Shown piece by piece: positions 26,849-36,788 of a stretch of DNA of 60,523 nucleotides. Source of the DNA: a candidate division Hyd24-12 bacterium UBA5074 (lineage in GTDB: Bacteria > Fermentibacterota > Fermentibacteria > Fermentibacterales > Fermentibacteraceae); NCBI GenBank assembly GCA_002414865.1, contig DIAQ01000108.1, positions 471-60,993 of the forward strand, in the 5' to 3' direction. Both the position numbers and the translations under genes were made by a program. How positions within the stretch are numbered: position 1 is the stretch's first letter; every line of letters starts with the position of its first letter. Under the pieces are notes generated by a model. The model was given only the letters and a program-made list of their open reading frames with translations, had not been told where the DNA came from and did no database searches.

Positions 26849-27610
26849 TCAGCGGCCTTCCAGGAGCAGGCAGCTCCTCACGGCCAGCAGGCGCAGATGG
26901 CTTGCGGCATCCGGGTCGGCCAGGATCTCCAGCCAGAGCCTCGAAGCCTCGTAGGTTCTTCCGGTGACAGTGTATATGAGCGCTGCGCAAGCCCTGGCCT
27001 CGTCGGACGGCTCGTCCGCGAGCAGCGCCGTCTCGGCGGCATGCATGGCCTCTGGTGTTCTTCCCGCATCCCATGCGATCCGCGACAGGAGAAGCGCTCC
27101 CCGAGGGCGGTCCGAGAAGGGCTCCATGAACCCGGCCGCGCCTTCGGCGTTGCCGGCCTGGAGCTGGAGGAGGGCCAGATCCCAGGCGGGTACGGACCAG
27201 GCCGGATCGCATCCGGCCGCCTCCCACAGGAGCGAGGAGGCTCCGGCTTCGTCACCTGCCTCGTGCGCCTGCGTGGCCTCCCTCACGAGCCTTGCAGCAT
27301 CCATCCTGTTGTCGAGCGCGTCCGAGAGCGAGGGGTCGAGAGGGAGCACGACCCTGTCTCCCGGGGCGGGCGACGACCCGGGACGGAAGCCCGAGAGCAG
27401 CGACAGGGCCTCTGCGCTCGAAGCGCTGTCCGAGTCCATGATCGCCCATGCGAGGAAGCGCCAGGTGTCGCCCTCCTGCCAGGTGTACTCCAGACCGGTC
27501 ATGCTTCCAGGGACGACGTCCGGGGGGAGGACCTGACGGCTCCCGCACCCCGGAACGAGAAGAATCGCCGTCGACAGAGCGGTCAGCAGACTAGCCGCCC
27601 TGTTCGTCAC
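26849..27610 (-). CDS. Lipoprotein with degenerate LysM-like segment and TPR-like repeats
   Basis: Lipobox LVPGC; YTWQEGDTWRFLA...PAPGDRVVLP is LysM-like; Ala/Leu-rich helical repeats follow; start GTG 27610 or ATG 27646. Confidence 0.65.
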   Translation of the reverse strand: MTNRAASLLTALSTAILLVPGCGSRQVLPPDVVPGSMTGLEYTWQEGDTWRFLAWAIMDSDSASSAEALSLLSGFRPGSSPAPGDRVVLPLDPSLSDALDNRMDAARLVREATQAHEAGDEAGASSLLWEAAGCDPAWSVPAWDLALLQLQAGNAEGAAGFMEPFSDRPRGALLLSRIAWDAGRTPEAMHAAETALLADEPSDEARACAALIYTVTGRTYEASRLWLEILADPDAASHLRLLAVRSCLLLEGR

Positions 27611-28580
27611 GACAACCCTCCGCGAGACCGCATATGCGCTCGACATCCTCCACGCTCTCTATCGCGACCGCCTGGCCCCTCAGCCCGGAAGCCCCCCTGA
27701 ACCCCTTGAGGTAGTGGACCAGCTGACCCCTGAAAACATGATAGACGAAGGGCTCGGGCAGGTATTCCCTCATCATCCCCAGATGAGACAGCACCGTCCC
27801 GGAGAGCTCCCCCGGAAGAGGGGAGCCGGGTCCCCCGCCCCTCAGGGCCCTGAAGATCCAGGGCTTCCCGATCGCGCCTCTGCCCACCAGGAGCCCCGAC
27901 GCCCCGCTCCGGGACAGGAACTCCAGCGCGGCCTCCGGGCTCGACGATTCGCCGTTCGCTATCACGGGGATCGGGGACGCGGTGACGATCCTCGAGAGGG
28001 TGGCCGTGTCCGGCCTTCCTGCGAAGGGTTCGCTCCTGTATCTCGCATGCACGAACAGGGCGCAGGCGCCCCTGTCGCCGAGAAGCGTCCCGATGCCCTC
28101 GTCCAGGGCCTCTTCGGGCGACCAGCCGATCCGTATCTTTACGGTGACCGGAAGGCCCGAGGAGGATTCCGCCACAGCCTGGACGATGTCGAGGAGCCTG
28201 GGCAAATCCTTCAGCAGGGAAGCTCCGCTGCCGCTCTTCAGGACCTTCTTCACGGGACAGCCGGCGTTTATGTCGATGAACTCGAAACCCATGTCCCTGA
28301 CCAGCGCCGTCGCCCTGGAGAATTCCTTCGGTATGGCTCCATAGAGCTGGATGCCGAGGGGGTGCTCGGAGGGATGGGACAGCAGGAGGCGTGACGACCC
28401 CAGCGAGCGCCTCGTGAGTCCCTGGACGCTCACCATCTCCGTGACCGTCGCCGTGGCTCCGAGACCTCTGCAGATCCTCCTGAAGGCGGAATCGCTGTAG
28501 CCGGCCATGGGGGCCAGGATGAAGCCTCCGATCAGTCCGGGAGGCACCGGACGGGCGACGCGCGGGGTGTCAGCCATCAT
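27591..28580 (-). CDS. dusB: tRNA-dihydrouridine synthase (DusB-type)
   Basis: LAPMAGYSD, TEMVS, IQLYG, IDINAGCP, GSGASLL, VTVKIRIGW, VHAR, VIANG, VGRGAIGKPWIF. Confidence 0.92.
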   Translation of the reverse strand: MMADTPRVARPVPPGLIGGFILAPMAGYSDSAFRRICRGLGATATVTEMVSVQGLTRRSLGSSRLLLSHPSEHPLGIQLYGAIPKEFSRATALVRDMGFEFIDINAGCPVKKVLKSGSGASLLKDLPRLLDIVQAVAESSSGLPVTVKIRIGWSPEEALDEGIGTLLGDRGACALFVHARYRSEPFAGRPDTATLSRIVTASPIPVIANGESSSPEAALEFLSRSGASGLLVGRGAIGKPWIFRALRGGGPGSPLPGELSGTVLSHLGMMREYLPEPFVYHVFRGQLVHYLKGFRGASGLRGQAVAIESVEDVERICGLAEGCRDEQGG

Positions 28581-29460
28581 GCCCGGAAAGCTCCTCGAAG
28601 GAGTCGCCCGCGCCGAACGAGCTGCGCACGAGGGGGCCGGATGCAACCGACCCGAAGCCCATGGCGAGAGCCCTCTCCCTCCAGCTGTCGAACTCGTCGG
28701 GAGGAATGAACCTCTCGACCGGCACACAGCCCTTCACAGGCTGGAGATACTGGCCCAGCGTGAGCATCCGCACACCGGCGCGGCGCAGCGCCTCCAGGGA
28801 CTCGGCGATCTCGCTCTCCTCCTCGCCCAGCCCGAGCATCAGACCGCTCTTCAGAGGCATGCCGGGCCGCATCCGCGAATACTCGGAGAGGAGATCGAGA
28901 GACCGCCGGAAGGATGCGCCGGGCCTGACCCGGGGAAACAGCCGCTCGACCGTCTCGATGTTGTGGTTGAACACGTCGGGGATTGCTCCGGCCACGGTCT
29001 CCAGGCTCCGGAAATCACCCTGGAAGTCGGGGGTGAGTACCTCCACGCCAGTGCCCGGTGTCGTTGTCCTGATGGCGCGGATGGTCGCCGCGAATGCCGA
29101 TGCCCCTCCGTCGGGGAGGTCGTCACGCGTCACGGAGGTCACGACGGCGAAACGCAAACCCATGGCCGCGACCGCCATGGCTACGCGTTCCGGCTCGTCC
29201 TCGTCGGGGGGTGGCAGCCGTCTGCCCGCAGCCTTCTCGATGGCGCAGTAGCCACAGGCGCGCGTGCAAATTCCTCCCAGGATCAGGAATGCAGCCGTGC
29301 CGCAGGAGAAGCATCTCCCGATGTTGGGGCACGCTGCCTCGGAGCAGACCGTGGCGAGGCCGAGGCCCGCGAGGGTCCTCCTCACATCCGCGGACTTCCC
29401 GCACGCGGCCCGGGAGACTCTCAGCCAGGAAGGCTTCCTGCGATTTCCGCCGTCCTCCAT
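28570..29460 (-). CDS. lipA: Lipoyl synthase
   Basis: CSEAACPNIGRC (Cx4Cx5C), CTRACGYC (Cx3Cx2C), VVTSVTRDDL, FNHNIETV, KSGLMLGLGE, GQYLQP, GPLVRSSF. Confidence 0.96.
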   Translation of the reverse strand: MEDGGNRRKPSWLRVSRAACGKSADVRRTLAGLGLATVCSEAACPNIGRCFSCGTAAFLILGGICTRACGYCAIEKAAGRRLPPPDEDEPERVAMAVAAMGLRFAVVTSVTRDDLPDGGASAFAATIRAIRTTTPGTGVEVLTPDFQGDFRSLETVAGAIPDVFNHNIETVERLFPRVRPGASFRRSLDLLSEYSRMRPGMPLKSGLMLGLGEEESEIAESLEALRRAGVRMLTLGQYLQPVKGCVPVERFIPPDEFDSWRERALAMGFGSVASGPLVRSSFGAGDSFEELSGHDG

Positions 29461-30260
29461 CCCTCCGCCTCCTTCCTTCGTGCGAGCGACATCCTGGCGA
29501 GTTCCGCCCGTGGAAGGTCCTCCATGGAGGCGCATCTCAGCGGGAAGCCGGCCAGCGCGGACAGGGCTTCCTCGAGGGCTCGCTCGAGCCCTTTCCGGTC
29601 ACATGACGGGGCGATGTCCGAGATCGAGCAGGTGCGCTCGGCGATGGCTGACCGATGCTCGGCGACCATGCCGGGCGCGGACCTGAGGAAGGGGAGCAGC
29701 CTGGGCTGGTCGTTCCTGAGGAGGATGGAGCCGTGCTCGAGGAAGACGCCGTCCCTTCTCGCCTGGGCGCTGCCGACGAGTTTCCGCCCTCCCCAGGTTA
29801 TCTCGCACGCTCCATGGCTGGCGAAGCAGGGGTTTCCTTTCGATCGGCCTTCGGAGGCCCTGGTGCGGGGTGTCATCGAGGCATCGATGCCGCAGGACCC
29901 GAGGGCGTGGAGAAGGGCTCCTCCGGTCATCGAGAGCGAGTCGAGTATGCCTCCCGCCTGAAGGGGATGACCCGGGCCCGCGATCACGGAGTAGGTGATC
30001 TCGGATTCGTGCCACACGGCCCTGCCGCCCGTGGGCCGGCGGACCAGATCGGCGCCCTCGGCCGAGATGCCTGCCAGATCCGCCTCCTCGCAAGGCTTCT
30101 GGAGCCGCCCGAAGGAGACGCAGGCGGGCATCCACCCGAATATCCTCACCGCGAAGGAGATCGCACCGCTCGCGGCCAGGGACATCAGCAGGTCGTCCGC
30201 CGCCATGTTCTCGTAACCGGACAGCGGTCCGGAGCTTATCGAGAGACCTTCCAGGACCAT
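29421..30260 (-). CDS. Biotin/lipoate A/B ligase family protein, LipM-like octanoyltransferase
   Basis: NMAADD, RRPTGGRAVWHESEITYS, CF...EI...RKLVGSAQ, LEHGSI; directly upstream of lipA. Confidence 0.85.
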   Translation of the reverse strand: MVLEGLSISSGPLSGYENMAADDLLMSLAASGAISFAVRIFGWMPACVSFGRLQKPCEEADLAGISAEGADLVRRPTGGRAVWHESEITYSVIAGPGHPLQAGGILDSLSMTGGALLHALGSCGIDASMTPRTRASEGRSKGNPCFASHGACEITWGGRKLVGSAQARRDGVFLEHGSILLRNDQPRLLPFLRSAPGMVAEHRSAIAERTCSISDIAPSCDRKGLERALEEALSALAGFPLRCASMEDLPRAELARMSLARRKEAEGWRTAEIAGSLPG

Positions 30261-30276
30261 CCTCCCTCTGGAACTA

Positions 30277-30305
30277 TTGCCCACCCGCGAGGTATCAGGT
30301 AGATT
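30277..30305 (+). promoter_or_regulatory. Putative sigma70 promoter for the PorV-like/surE operon
   Basis: TTGCCC-N17-TAGATT, followed by a GGAGAGG RBS. Confidence 0.55.
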
Positions 30306-30330
30306 GAAAATACCGATTCGGAGAGGCAAT

Positions 30331-31239
30331 ATGCACTCTGTCACCTGTCTTCTGCTCGCCCTGCTCGCCTTGGCGGCCATGCCCGCGTCGGCCGGCGTGT
30401 ACCGCGATGCCGGGGCAGCCGCCTACCAGTTCCTGAAGCTGGAGGTGTCGCCCAGGGCTTCGGCGCTCGGAGGCACGGTCCTCCTCAACTCGGGCGGGTT
30501 CGGCGTGCTCAACAGCCCCGCTGCGACCGCCTCGCTCGACGGCGGCGCCTTTGTCGCGAGCCATGGCGAATACTTCGGCTCCGTGGCGCAGAACTGCATC
30601 GCCATGATATCCGCGTCGGGCCGCTGGCGTTTCTCCGGAGCGGTTTCCTCCGTCTCCGCCTCCGGGCTCGAGCTGAGGCAGGAGGCCACCTCCGAGCCGG
30701 AGGGGACGTTCAGTGTGTGGAACATAGCCATGGCCGGGGGAGCCGCGGTCAGGACCGGCCCCCTGGATCTCGGGGTCTCCCTGAAGCTCATCAGAGAGAA
30801 GATCCACACCGACGGCAGCTGGGGCTTCTCCGTCGATGCGGGGGCCATCGCCAGGCCGCTGCCCTGGCTGGAGGCTGGCATAGCCCTCCTGAATGCCGGC
30901 CCTTCCATAGAATACGCCCGCTACGACAGCTACAGGCTTCCCCTGACCTGGCGCGCAGGGACGAGGGTCAGCGCCGCCCTCCCGTATGCCGGCCCGGCAT
31001 CCCTTGTCGCAGAGGTCTTCAAGCCCATAGACAACGACGCCGGGGGGGCGCTGGGTGCCGAATTCCTCCCTGTCCGCTGGCTGGCGCTGCGCGCCGGCAC
31101 GCATATCGGCGACGACTCGCGGAGCTTCACCGCGGGGGCGGGGCTGACTGCAGGAGGCTGGACGCTCGACTACGCCTGGGTCCCCGGGGAGTACTCGCTG
31201 GGGGACATCCACCGCATCTCGCTCTCCAGGAGCCTCTAG
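30331..31239 (+). CDS. Second PorV/PorQ-family outer-membrane protein
   Basis: Signal peptide; FLKLEVSPRASALGG, NSPAA, GFSVDAG, LPLTWRAG, WLALRAG, LDYAW, DIHRISL. Confidence 0.8.
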   Translation: MHSVTCLLLALLALAAMPASAGVYRDAGAAAYQFLKLEVSPRASALGGTVLLNSGGFGVLNSPAATASLDGGAFVASHGEYFGSVAQNCIAMISASGRWRFSGAVSSVSASGLELRQEATSEPEGTFSVWNIAMAGGAAVRTGPLDLGVSLKLIREKIHTDGSWGFSVDAGAIARPLPWLEAGIALLNAGPSIEYARYDSYRLPLTWRAGTRVSAALPYAGPASLVAEVFKPIDNDAGGALGAEFLPVRWLALRAGTHIGDDSRSFTAGAGLTAGGWTLDYAWVPGEYSLGDIHRISLSRSL

Positions 31240-31265
31240 TCCCTCCGCTGCCGGCCGGGGATCAC

Positions 31266-31994
31266 ATGATCATCCTGCTCACCAACGACGACGGCATCGA
31301 CGCTCCCGGACTCAGGACCCTCGTCTCGCGCCTCTCGGGCTACGAGCCGTTCGTCGTCGCGCCCTCCGGGCACAGGAGCGGCTGCGGGCATTCGCTGGGA
31401 CTCTATTCCGACATCGAGGTCGCGAGGCGCGGACCGCGGGAGTGGGCCGTCTCGGGAACGCCGACGGACTGCGTCAAGCTCGCCCTCCTGGAGATCCTCG
31501 GCGAGAGGCCCGGGCTGGTCGTCTCCGGCATAAATCCCGGACCCAACATGGCCAACAACATCCATTACTCGGGAACCGTGGCCGCGGCGAGCGAAGCCGC
31601 CTTCTGGGGCATACCCTCCATCGCGGTGAGCATCGGAGCCGCGGAGCCGTCGCACCTCTCCACCGCCGCGGACCTGATCGCCGACATCGTCGACAGGGGA
31701 GGCTGGAAGCACATCCCCGAGGGAAGCCTCCTCAACGTCAACGTCCCGGACCTGCCCGCCGCGTCCCTCGCTGGCCAGGCCTGGACCCGGACGGCACGCT
31801 TTTCCGACGATGTGCCGTTCACGGTCGTCGAGCCCGACAGGCTCTACAGGTACACCCGCTGGTCGGGGCAGGATGTGCACGGCATGCAGGGCACCGATGT
31901 GGAGGCTCTCTCGCTGGGCTTCGTCAGCCTGACGCTGCTGGGCACGGACAGGACGCTGTCGCCGGCGGGGCTGCAGGACATCCTCGAGCGATAG
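31266..31994 (+). CDS. surE: 5'/3'-nucleotidase SurE
   Basis: ILLTNDDGIDAPG, SGCGHS, SGTPTDCV, VVSGINPG, YSGTVAAASEA, NVNVP. Confidence 0.95.
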   Translation: MIILLTNDDGIDAPGLRTLVSRLSGYEPFVVAPSGHRSGCGHSLGLYSDIEVARRGPREWAVSGTPTDCVKLALLEILGERPGLVVSGINPGPNMANNIHYSGTVAAASEAAFWGIPSIAVSIGAAEPSHLSTAADLIADIVDRGGWKHIPEGSLLNVNVPDLPAASLAGQAWTRTARFSDDVPFTVVEPDRLYRYTRWSGQDVHGMQGTDVEALSLGFVSLTLLGTDRTLSPAGLQDILER

Positions 31995-31995
31995 G

Positions 31996-33795
31996 ATGAC
32001 GGCGCTCCTGCCTGCCATCGCACTGCTTGCCGCAGCGGATGCCGTGTTCCTCGAGCACTCCTCCATGGTCACCGTCACATCCGAATCCACGGCGGTCGAG
32101 ATCTCCTCGGAGATCGTGATCCCGATCACATCGAACGGCGTGGCGCGCTATTCGAGGCTGTCCGTGCCCTTCACCAGGGGTTTCGACAGCGTCAGGGTGA
32201 CGAGGGCCGAGACGAGGCCGGCGAGACCGGGGAGGTCAGACGCCTCTGCGTTTGTAACGGAGTCCCCCAGGGCCTCGCTCTCGTCCCAGTGGAGGCTGGA
32301 GAGCTCCTTCCGCGAGCTCCTGGTGGATTTCCAGGGCGTGGAAACCGGAGATACTCTCCTCATCGAGATCGAGAGGCGGGTGGACAGGCTTCCCATGGGG
32401 CCTTTCTACAGCTACTCCTTCTTCTTCCAGGGGAGGGACAGCGTGGCCTCCTCCAGGTTCGAGCTGAGGCTCCCTCCCGGCATGGATGTCCTCATCTGGG
32501 GTTCTGATGCTCCCGAGCCCGTCGAGACCGAATCGTCCACGGGCCGGACCATGGTGTGGCGCGGAGGGGCCGAGCCGGGGCTGGAGAGCCTGCCCTTCAG
32601 GGTCCCGGTGGAGGAGGAGGCGGCCAGAGTCGTCGTTGCAGGAGCCGATGCGGCCGGCGTCTCCGCCGGGCTGTCGGCTGCGCTCGATCCCGGACTTCCG
32701 GACCAGTCCTGCCTGGAGGAGCTCGACAGCATCATCCTGGCCGAAGGTCCGTCGCCCGTCCGCCTTTGCTCGTGGATATCGCGCAACATCGTCTACCAGG
32801 GCGCGGAGATAGGCACCGATCCCGGCTACACTCCCCAGCCGCCCTCGGTGACGCTGTCGAGAGGGAGCGGCGTGTGCCGCGATATGGCCGTCCTCCTCGT
32901 CGCGCTCCTCCGCAGGGCGGGGCTGCAGGCATGGCCCGTCCTCACCGGCACCTCGGCCAGGCTGGATCCGCTCGTGGGGAGCAGGAGCTTCGGCCATATG
33001 ACTGTGCTGGCGATCGACTGCGGAGACTCCATCTACCTCGATCCCTCGCTTCCCTATGCGGCACCCGGCGCGGGTTCGCTCCCGGATGGCTCCTGCCTGC
33101 CGCTGGTGCCCGGAGGCAGGGGGCTGCTGCAGCTCCCCGACGGATCGTCTGCGGACACCGTCACCATCACTGTCAGGGGCATCCTCTCGGCCTCCCTCGA
33201 CACGCTCTCGGCAACTGTCACTGCCGACTTCGCGGGCGGGGCCGAGAACCTCTGGAGAGGGATGATGTCCAGCCTTGACGGAGACAGGAGGGGCGAGGCC
33301 CTTCGCATCCTGTTCGGAGCCCTTCCGGGGTCTTCACTGGAGCTCGTCGGCGATCCGGGGGACGCCGATGGACGGATCTCCGTGACAGGTGCCGCCCGAT
33401 TCGCCGTGCCGGTCCTCGCGATGGAAGGGACCTTCGCCGTCAGGCTGCCGGGCTTGGAGCAGGTCTCCCAGGTGGGGAGCAGGGCCGCGTCGCTGGTCCT
33501 TTCCAGGGGGGATGGCAGGGCTGTCCTCGTCGAGACGCCGCTGGTCGAAGTGCTGCACCTCTCCGTCGCCCTCCCGGAAGGTTGCTCCGCTTCAGACGCC
33601 TCCGCCCCGGAGCCGTCGGTCGGGTCCGGCTACAGGTCGGAATGCACGGTCTCCGGCGACTCGCTGCGCCTCGAGGAAAGAGCCGGGATCGGACCCTCCA
33701 GACCCTCGGCCGCGGAAGTGGCTGACCTCGAGGAGACCTTTCTCCTGCGCGCCTGTGCGGGGGCCAGGACCTTCATCCTCGGATACGGAGGCTGA
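31996..33795 (+). CDS. Exported DUF3857 plus transglutaminase-like domain protein, catalytic triad intact
   Basis: Signal peptide; GDTLLIE, SYSFFFQ; GVC294RD, FGH334M, YLD349PS. Confidence 0.82.
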   Translation: MTALLPAIALLAAADAVFLEHSSMVTVTSESTAVEISSEIVIPITSNGVARYSRLSVPFTRGFDSVRVTRAETRPARPGRSDASAFVTESPRASLSSQWRLESSFRELLVDFQGVETGDTLLIEIERRVDRLPMGPFYSYSFFFQGRDSVASSRFELRLPPGMDVLIWGSDAPEPVETESSTGRTMVWRGGAEPGLESLPFRVPVEEEAARVVVAGADAAGVSAGLSAALDPGLPDQSCLEELDSIILAEGPSPVRLCSWISRNIVYQGAEIGTDPGYTPQPPSVTLSRGSGVCRDMAVLLVALLRRAGLQAWPVLTGTSARLDPLVGSRSFGHMTVLAIDCGDSIYLDPSLPYAAPGAGSLPDGSCLPLVPGGRGLLQLPDGSSADTVTITVRGILSASLDTLSATVTADFAGGAENLWRGMMSSLDGDRRGEALRILFGALPGSSLELVGDPGDADGRISVTGAARFAVPVLAMEGTFAVRLPGLEQVSQVGSRAASLVLSRGDGRAVLVETPLVEVLHLSVALPEGCSASDASAPEPSVGSGYRSECTVSGDSLRLEERAGIGPSRPSAAEVADLEETFLLRACAGARTFILGYGG

Positions 33796-33798
33796 TCC

Positions 33799-35304
33799 AT
33801 GTCCGGAGGGCTTCTGCCCGTCATGCTCTCCGCGCTCGCGGCCGCCTCCTCCGGACTGCGCGGGGGAGGCTTCTGCAGGTTCGTCGTCACCCGGGACGAC
33901 TCCGCCCTCGAGACGCACATGGAGCTGAGCTCGGAGAGCATGGGAAGGCTCAGCTTCGGCTTCGATCCGGCGGTGGAGTCCCTGGAGATCGTGAGCTCAT
34001 CCGTGGTGAGACCCGGAGGGGAGTCCCCGCTGCCGTCCTGGGCTCTGGACACGCTCTCGGGAACCGGCGGATGGCCGCTCGCCGCCTGCGCGGTCTTTCC
34101 TCCCGGCGCTGCGGGCAGGCTGGTTGTCGAACGGCGCTCGTGGGACAGGATCACCAGGCTCTGCCCTTCGGCAGTCCTCTTCCCTCCCCTGCCTTCTTGC
34201 AGCGTGGAGGTCGTGGTCGAGGGAGGCCGCGAGGATGTGTCCTGGAGCGGCGAAGGCTACTCCCGTTCTTTCCGGGGGCGCGACCTCGTGCTCAGGGCGG
34301 GGCCGCAGGCAGGCCCTGTGGCAGTGAGCTGGGCGCCCGGCTGGGGCGACCTCCGGGATGCCATGCTGTCGCAGGCCGACTCCGTGCTTGCGCTCCGGCC
34401 ACCGGCAGGGGTGAGGGAGGCGGCGATCGAGGCCGGCGCTGCAGGAGCGGATCCCGTCGCCGGGATAAGGCGGCTCAGGACGATCCTCTGCAACAGCATC
34501 GAGATGACCTCAGCCCCCCGCCCGCTGGGGAGTGTCAGACCGCTCGCGGACATCCTCTCCACTCGCGAGGCTGACGCTCTCGAAGCCGCGGTCATCTTCT
34601 CGGCCATCTGCTCGGGCATGGGCATTCCGTGCTCTGTCGTCCCGGCGTCCGCAGCTCCGAGGGGCATCCCCGTGGCGGCCGACTGGGACAGGGTGCTGGT
34701 GAGGATGGATCTCCCCGGCGGGCGGGTCTTCGCAGAGCCGTCAGCCCTGCTGGTCCCCGCTCTCTTCGTGGCGGGCGCGGACAGTCTCCTCATTCTCGGA
34801 GAGGATGGCCCGGAACCGCTTCCATCGTTCAGGATCGATCCTGACATCTGCTCCGAGAACTGGGACATCTCCGCTTCGGGCCGGTTCCATCTCAGGGTAT
34901 CGTCGTCGGGTGCGTTCGACCCCTCGATAAGGAGGAGGCTTGCAGGCCTCTCGGAAGCAAGGGCTGCCGCCTCCGTGTCGTCCTGGCTCTGGAGGGGAGG
35001 CTTCACGGCGGCGGTCGATTCGGTGGCCGCTGGAGACCTCTATGACCTTGCCGTGCCGGCATGCTTCGACCTTTGGGGTTCCCTGCCACCCTCCGAAGGC
35101 GGCTACATCGTGCTTCCCGGGCTGGCATGGGATGCAATCCCGGGAGGCACCGTCCGGAGAGCCTGGACGATACCGGCCGGTGGCGCGGCGTATCCTGCGG
35201 ACCTCGCCGCGTCACCGGACCGGGATGGGCGCGTCGTCCTCTCCGATACCCTGCCGGTTCCCGTGAGCCGTCTGGTGCGCATCGAGGATCCGCCGGGGAG
35301 ATGA
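33799..35304 (+). CDS. Transglutaminase-like paralogue, predicted catalytically inactive
   Basis: Same layout (LRTILCNSI, DILSTRE, GIPCSVV), but the triad positions read A260, R298 and E313. Confidence 0.65.
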   Translation: MSGGLLPVMLSALAAASSGLRGGGFCRFVVTRDDSALETHMELSSESMGRLSFGFDPAVESLEIVSSSVVRPGGESPLPSWALDTLSGTGGWPLAACAVFPPGAAGRLVVERRSWDRITRLCPSAVLFPPLPSCSVEVVVEGGREDVSWSGEGYSRSFRGRDLVLRAGPQAGPVAVSWAPGWGDLRDAMLSQADSVLALRPPAGVREAAIEAGAAGADPVAGIRRLRTILCNSIEMTSAPRPLGSVRPLADILSTREADALEAAVIFSAICSGMGIPCSVVPASAAPRGIPVAADWDRVLVRMDLPGGRVFAEPSALLVPALFVAGADSLLILGEDGPEPLPSFRIDPDICSENWDISASGRFHLRVSSSGAFDPSIRRRLAGLSEARAAASVSSWLWRGGFTAAVDSVAAGDLYDLAVPACFDLWGSLPPSEGGYIVLPGLAWDAIPGGTVRRAWTIPAGGAAYPADLAASPDRDGRVVLSDTLPVPVSRLVRIEDPPGR

Positions 35305-36788
35305 TCCGCGCACGGGTCCCGGCGATCCTGCTCTGCATCCTGGCAGGCTCGGCCGTTCGCATCCAGGCCTTCGCCGGATTCGCACGGATACTGCCTGTGA
35401 ACTGGCTCTATGTCGACGAGAACGTCTACTGGAGCTCCACGCTCCTCCTCGAGGACGGCTCGCTCGACAGGCCTCCGGGAACCGCTCTCCTCGCCTGCAT
35501 CCTTCATCCGGTCGGGGTGACGGGCGCCCGCGTCTTCTTCTCGGTGCTGTCGCTCGTGCCCGCGATACTCCTCGCAGCGTCCGGCAGAGGCCGCTGGGGA
35601 GCGGCCGTCGCGCTCGCGATGGCGGCCGAGCCCTCCCTTGCACTGGCCGGGGTCCAGATCATGCCTGAGGCGCCAGCGGCAGCTCTCTGCGCGCTTGCGA
35701 TGGTCCTGCTCGGAAGGCGATCCAGTTTTTCTTCCGGGCTGGCTCTCGGGGCTGCCGCCCTATTCAGGCCGGAGACGGCCCTGGTGCTTTTTCTGGCTCC
35801 GGCTTCAGGCCTCGGACGGCGGTCCCTCCTCGTCATGGCGGCGGGGCTGCTCCTTCCGCTCGCGCCTGCCATCGCCGTGGACGCGGCAGCCGGGGCGGGG
35901 CCGCTGCCGGCGGGAAACGCCGCTGAGAATCTCTGGCTGGGATCGAGTCCATCACTGCTCTCGGTGCCTCCCGGAGTCGAGTTCGAGCAGCTAGTGTCGA
36001 CGGGCGCGGGTGACGGGGGCGATTTCCTCTCCAGGTGGAGGGATGCGCTCTCACAGGACCCGCCCGGAGCGCTGTCGTTCTATCTCCGCAAGCTGGTTGC
36101 CACGCTTTCGTTTCCAGGTCCGGGGCGGAACCTCGAGGCGGGAGCCTTCTACAGGGAGACAGGTCTTTCCGCTCTCTGCCCGCTCACCGCCGCCATACTG
36201 GCGATGGCCCTCCCGCTCTCTCTGCTCAGAAGGGCGACCGGGACGGCGCGGCTCGCCTCCGCGGCACTCGCGGCGATGATGATCTCGGGGATGCTCTTCA
36301 TACCTTCGGAGAGGCACAGGGTCGTCTTCCTGCCCTTCATGTGCTTCCTGGCCGCCGAGCGTGCGCCGGGGCGCCGGGCCGTCTTTGCAGCCGCTGGCGC
36401 AGCGTTCGCGCTTGCCATATTCTCGCTGGTGCCGTTCGACCCGGTCCGACCCGGACTCGATTCCGTCCTCAGAGCGGGGGCCGAGCTGGACGCGGGCCTT
36501 CCAGGAGAAGCCGCTTCCAGCCTCGACGAGGCAGAGGCGGCCGGCTTCAGGGGGGCGGACATCGCCAACCTGAGGGGCGTGGCGGCAGGATTGTCGAACA
36601 GGCCGCAGAGGGCCGTGGCGGAATTCGAGATGGCGCTTTCGCAGGCCCCCGGATCGCCTTCGATCTGGAGGAACTACGCGGTCGCACTCTACGGCGCGGG
36701 CCGGAGAGGGGAGGCCGGAACCGCTGCGCGAAGGGCTGTGGCCCTGCGGCATGATCTCACGGACGAACTGGAGTTCCTTCTGAGATGA
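35301..36788 (+). CDS. GT-C fold (ArnT/PMT-like) membrane glycosyltransferase with C-terminal TPR
   Basis: About 10 TM segments; YVDENVY, RPPG, RPE, NLWLG, ERHR; C-terminal TPR-like IANLRGVA...AVAEFEMAL...IWRNYAVAL. Confidence 0.68.
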   Translation: MIRARVPAILLCILAGSAVRIQAFAGFARILPVNWLYVDENVYWSSTLLLEDGSLDRPPGTALLACILHPVGVTGARVFFSVLSLVPAILLAASGRGRWGAAVALAMAAEPSLALAGVQIMPEAPAAALCALAMVLLGRRSSFSSGLALGAAALFRPETALVLFLAPASGLGRRSLLVMAAGLLLPLAPAIAVDAAAGAGPLPAGNAAENLWLGSSPSLLSVPPGVEFEQLVSTGAGDGGDFLSRWRDALSQDPPGALSFYLRKLVATLSFPGPGRNLEAGAFYRETGLSALCPLTAAILAMALPLSLLRRATGTARLASAALAAMMISGMLFIPSERHRVVFLPFMCFLAAERAPGRRAVFAAAGAAFALAIFSLVPFDPVRPGLDSVLRAGAELDAGLPGEAASSLDEAEAAGFRGADIANLRGVAAGLSNRPQRAVAEFEMALSQAPGSPSIWRNYAVALYGAGRRGEAGTAARRAVALRHDLTDELEFLLR

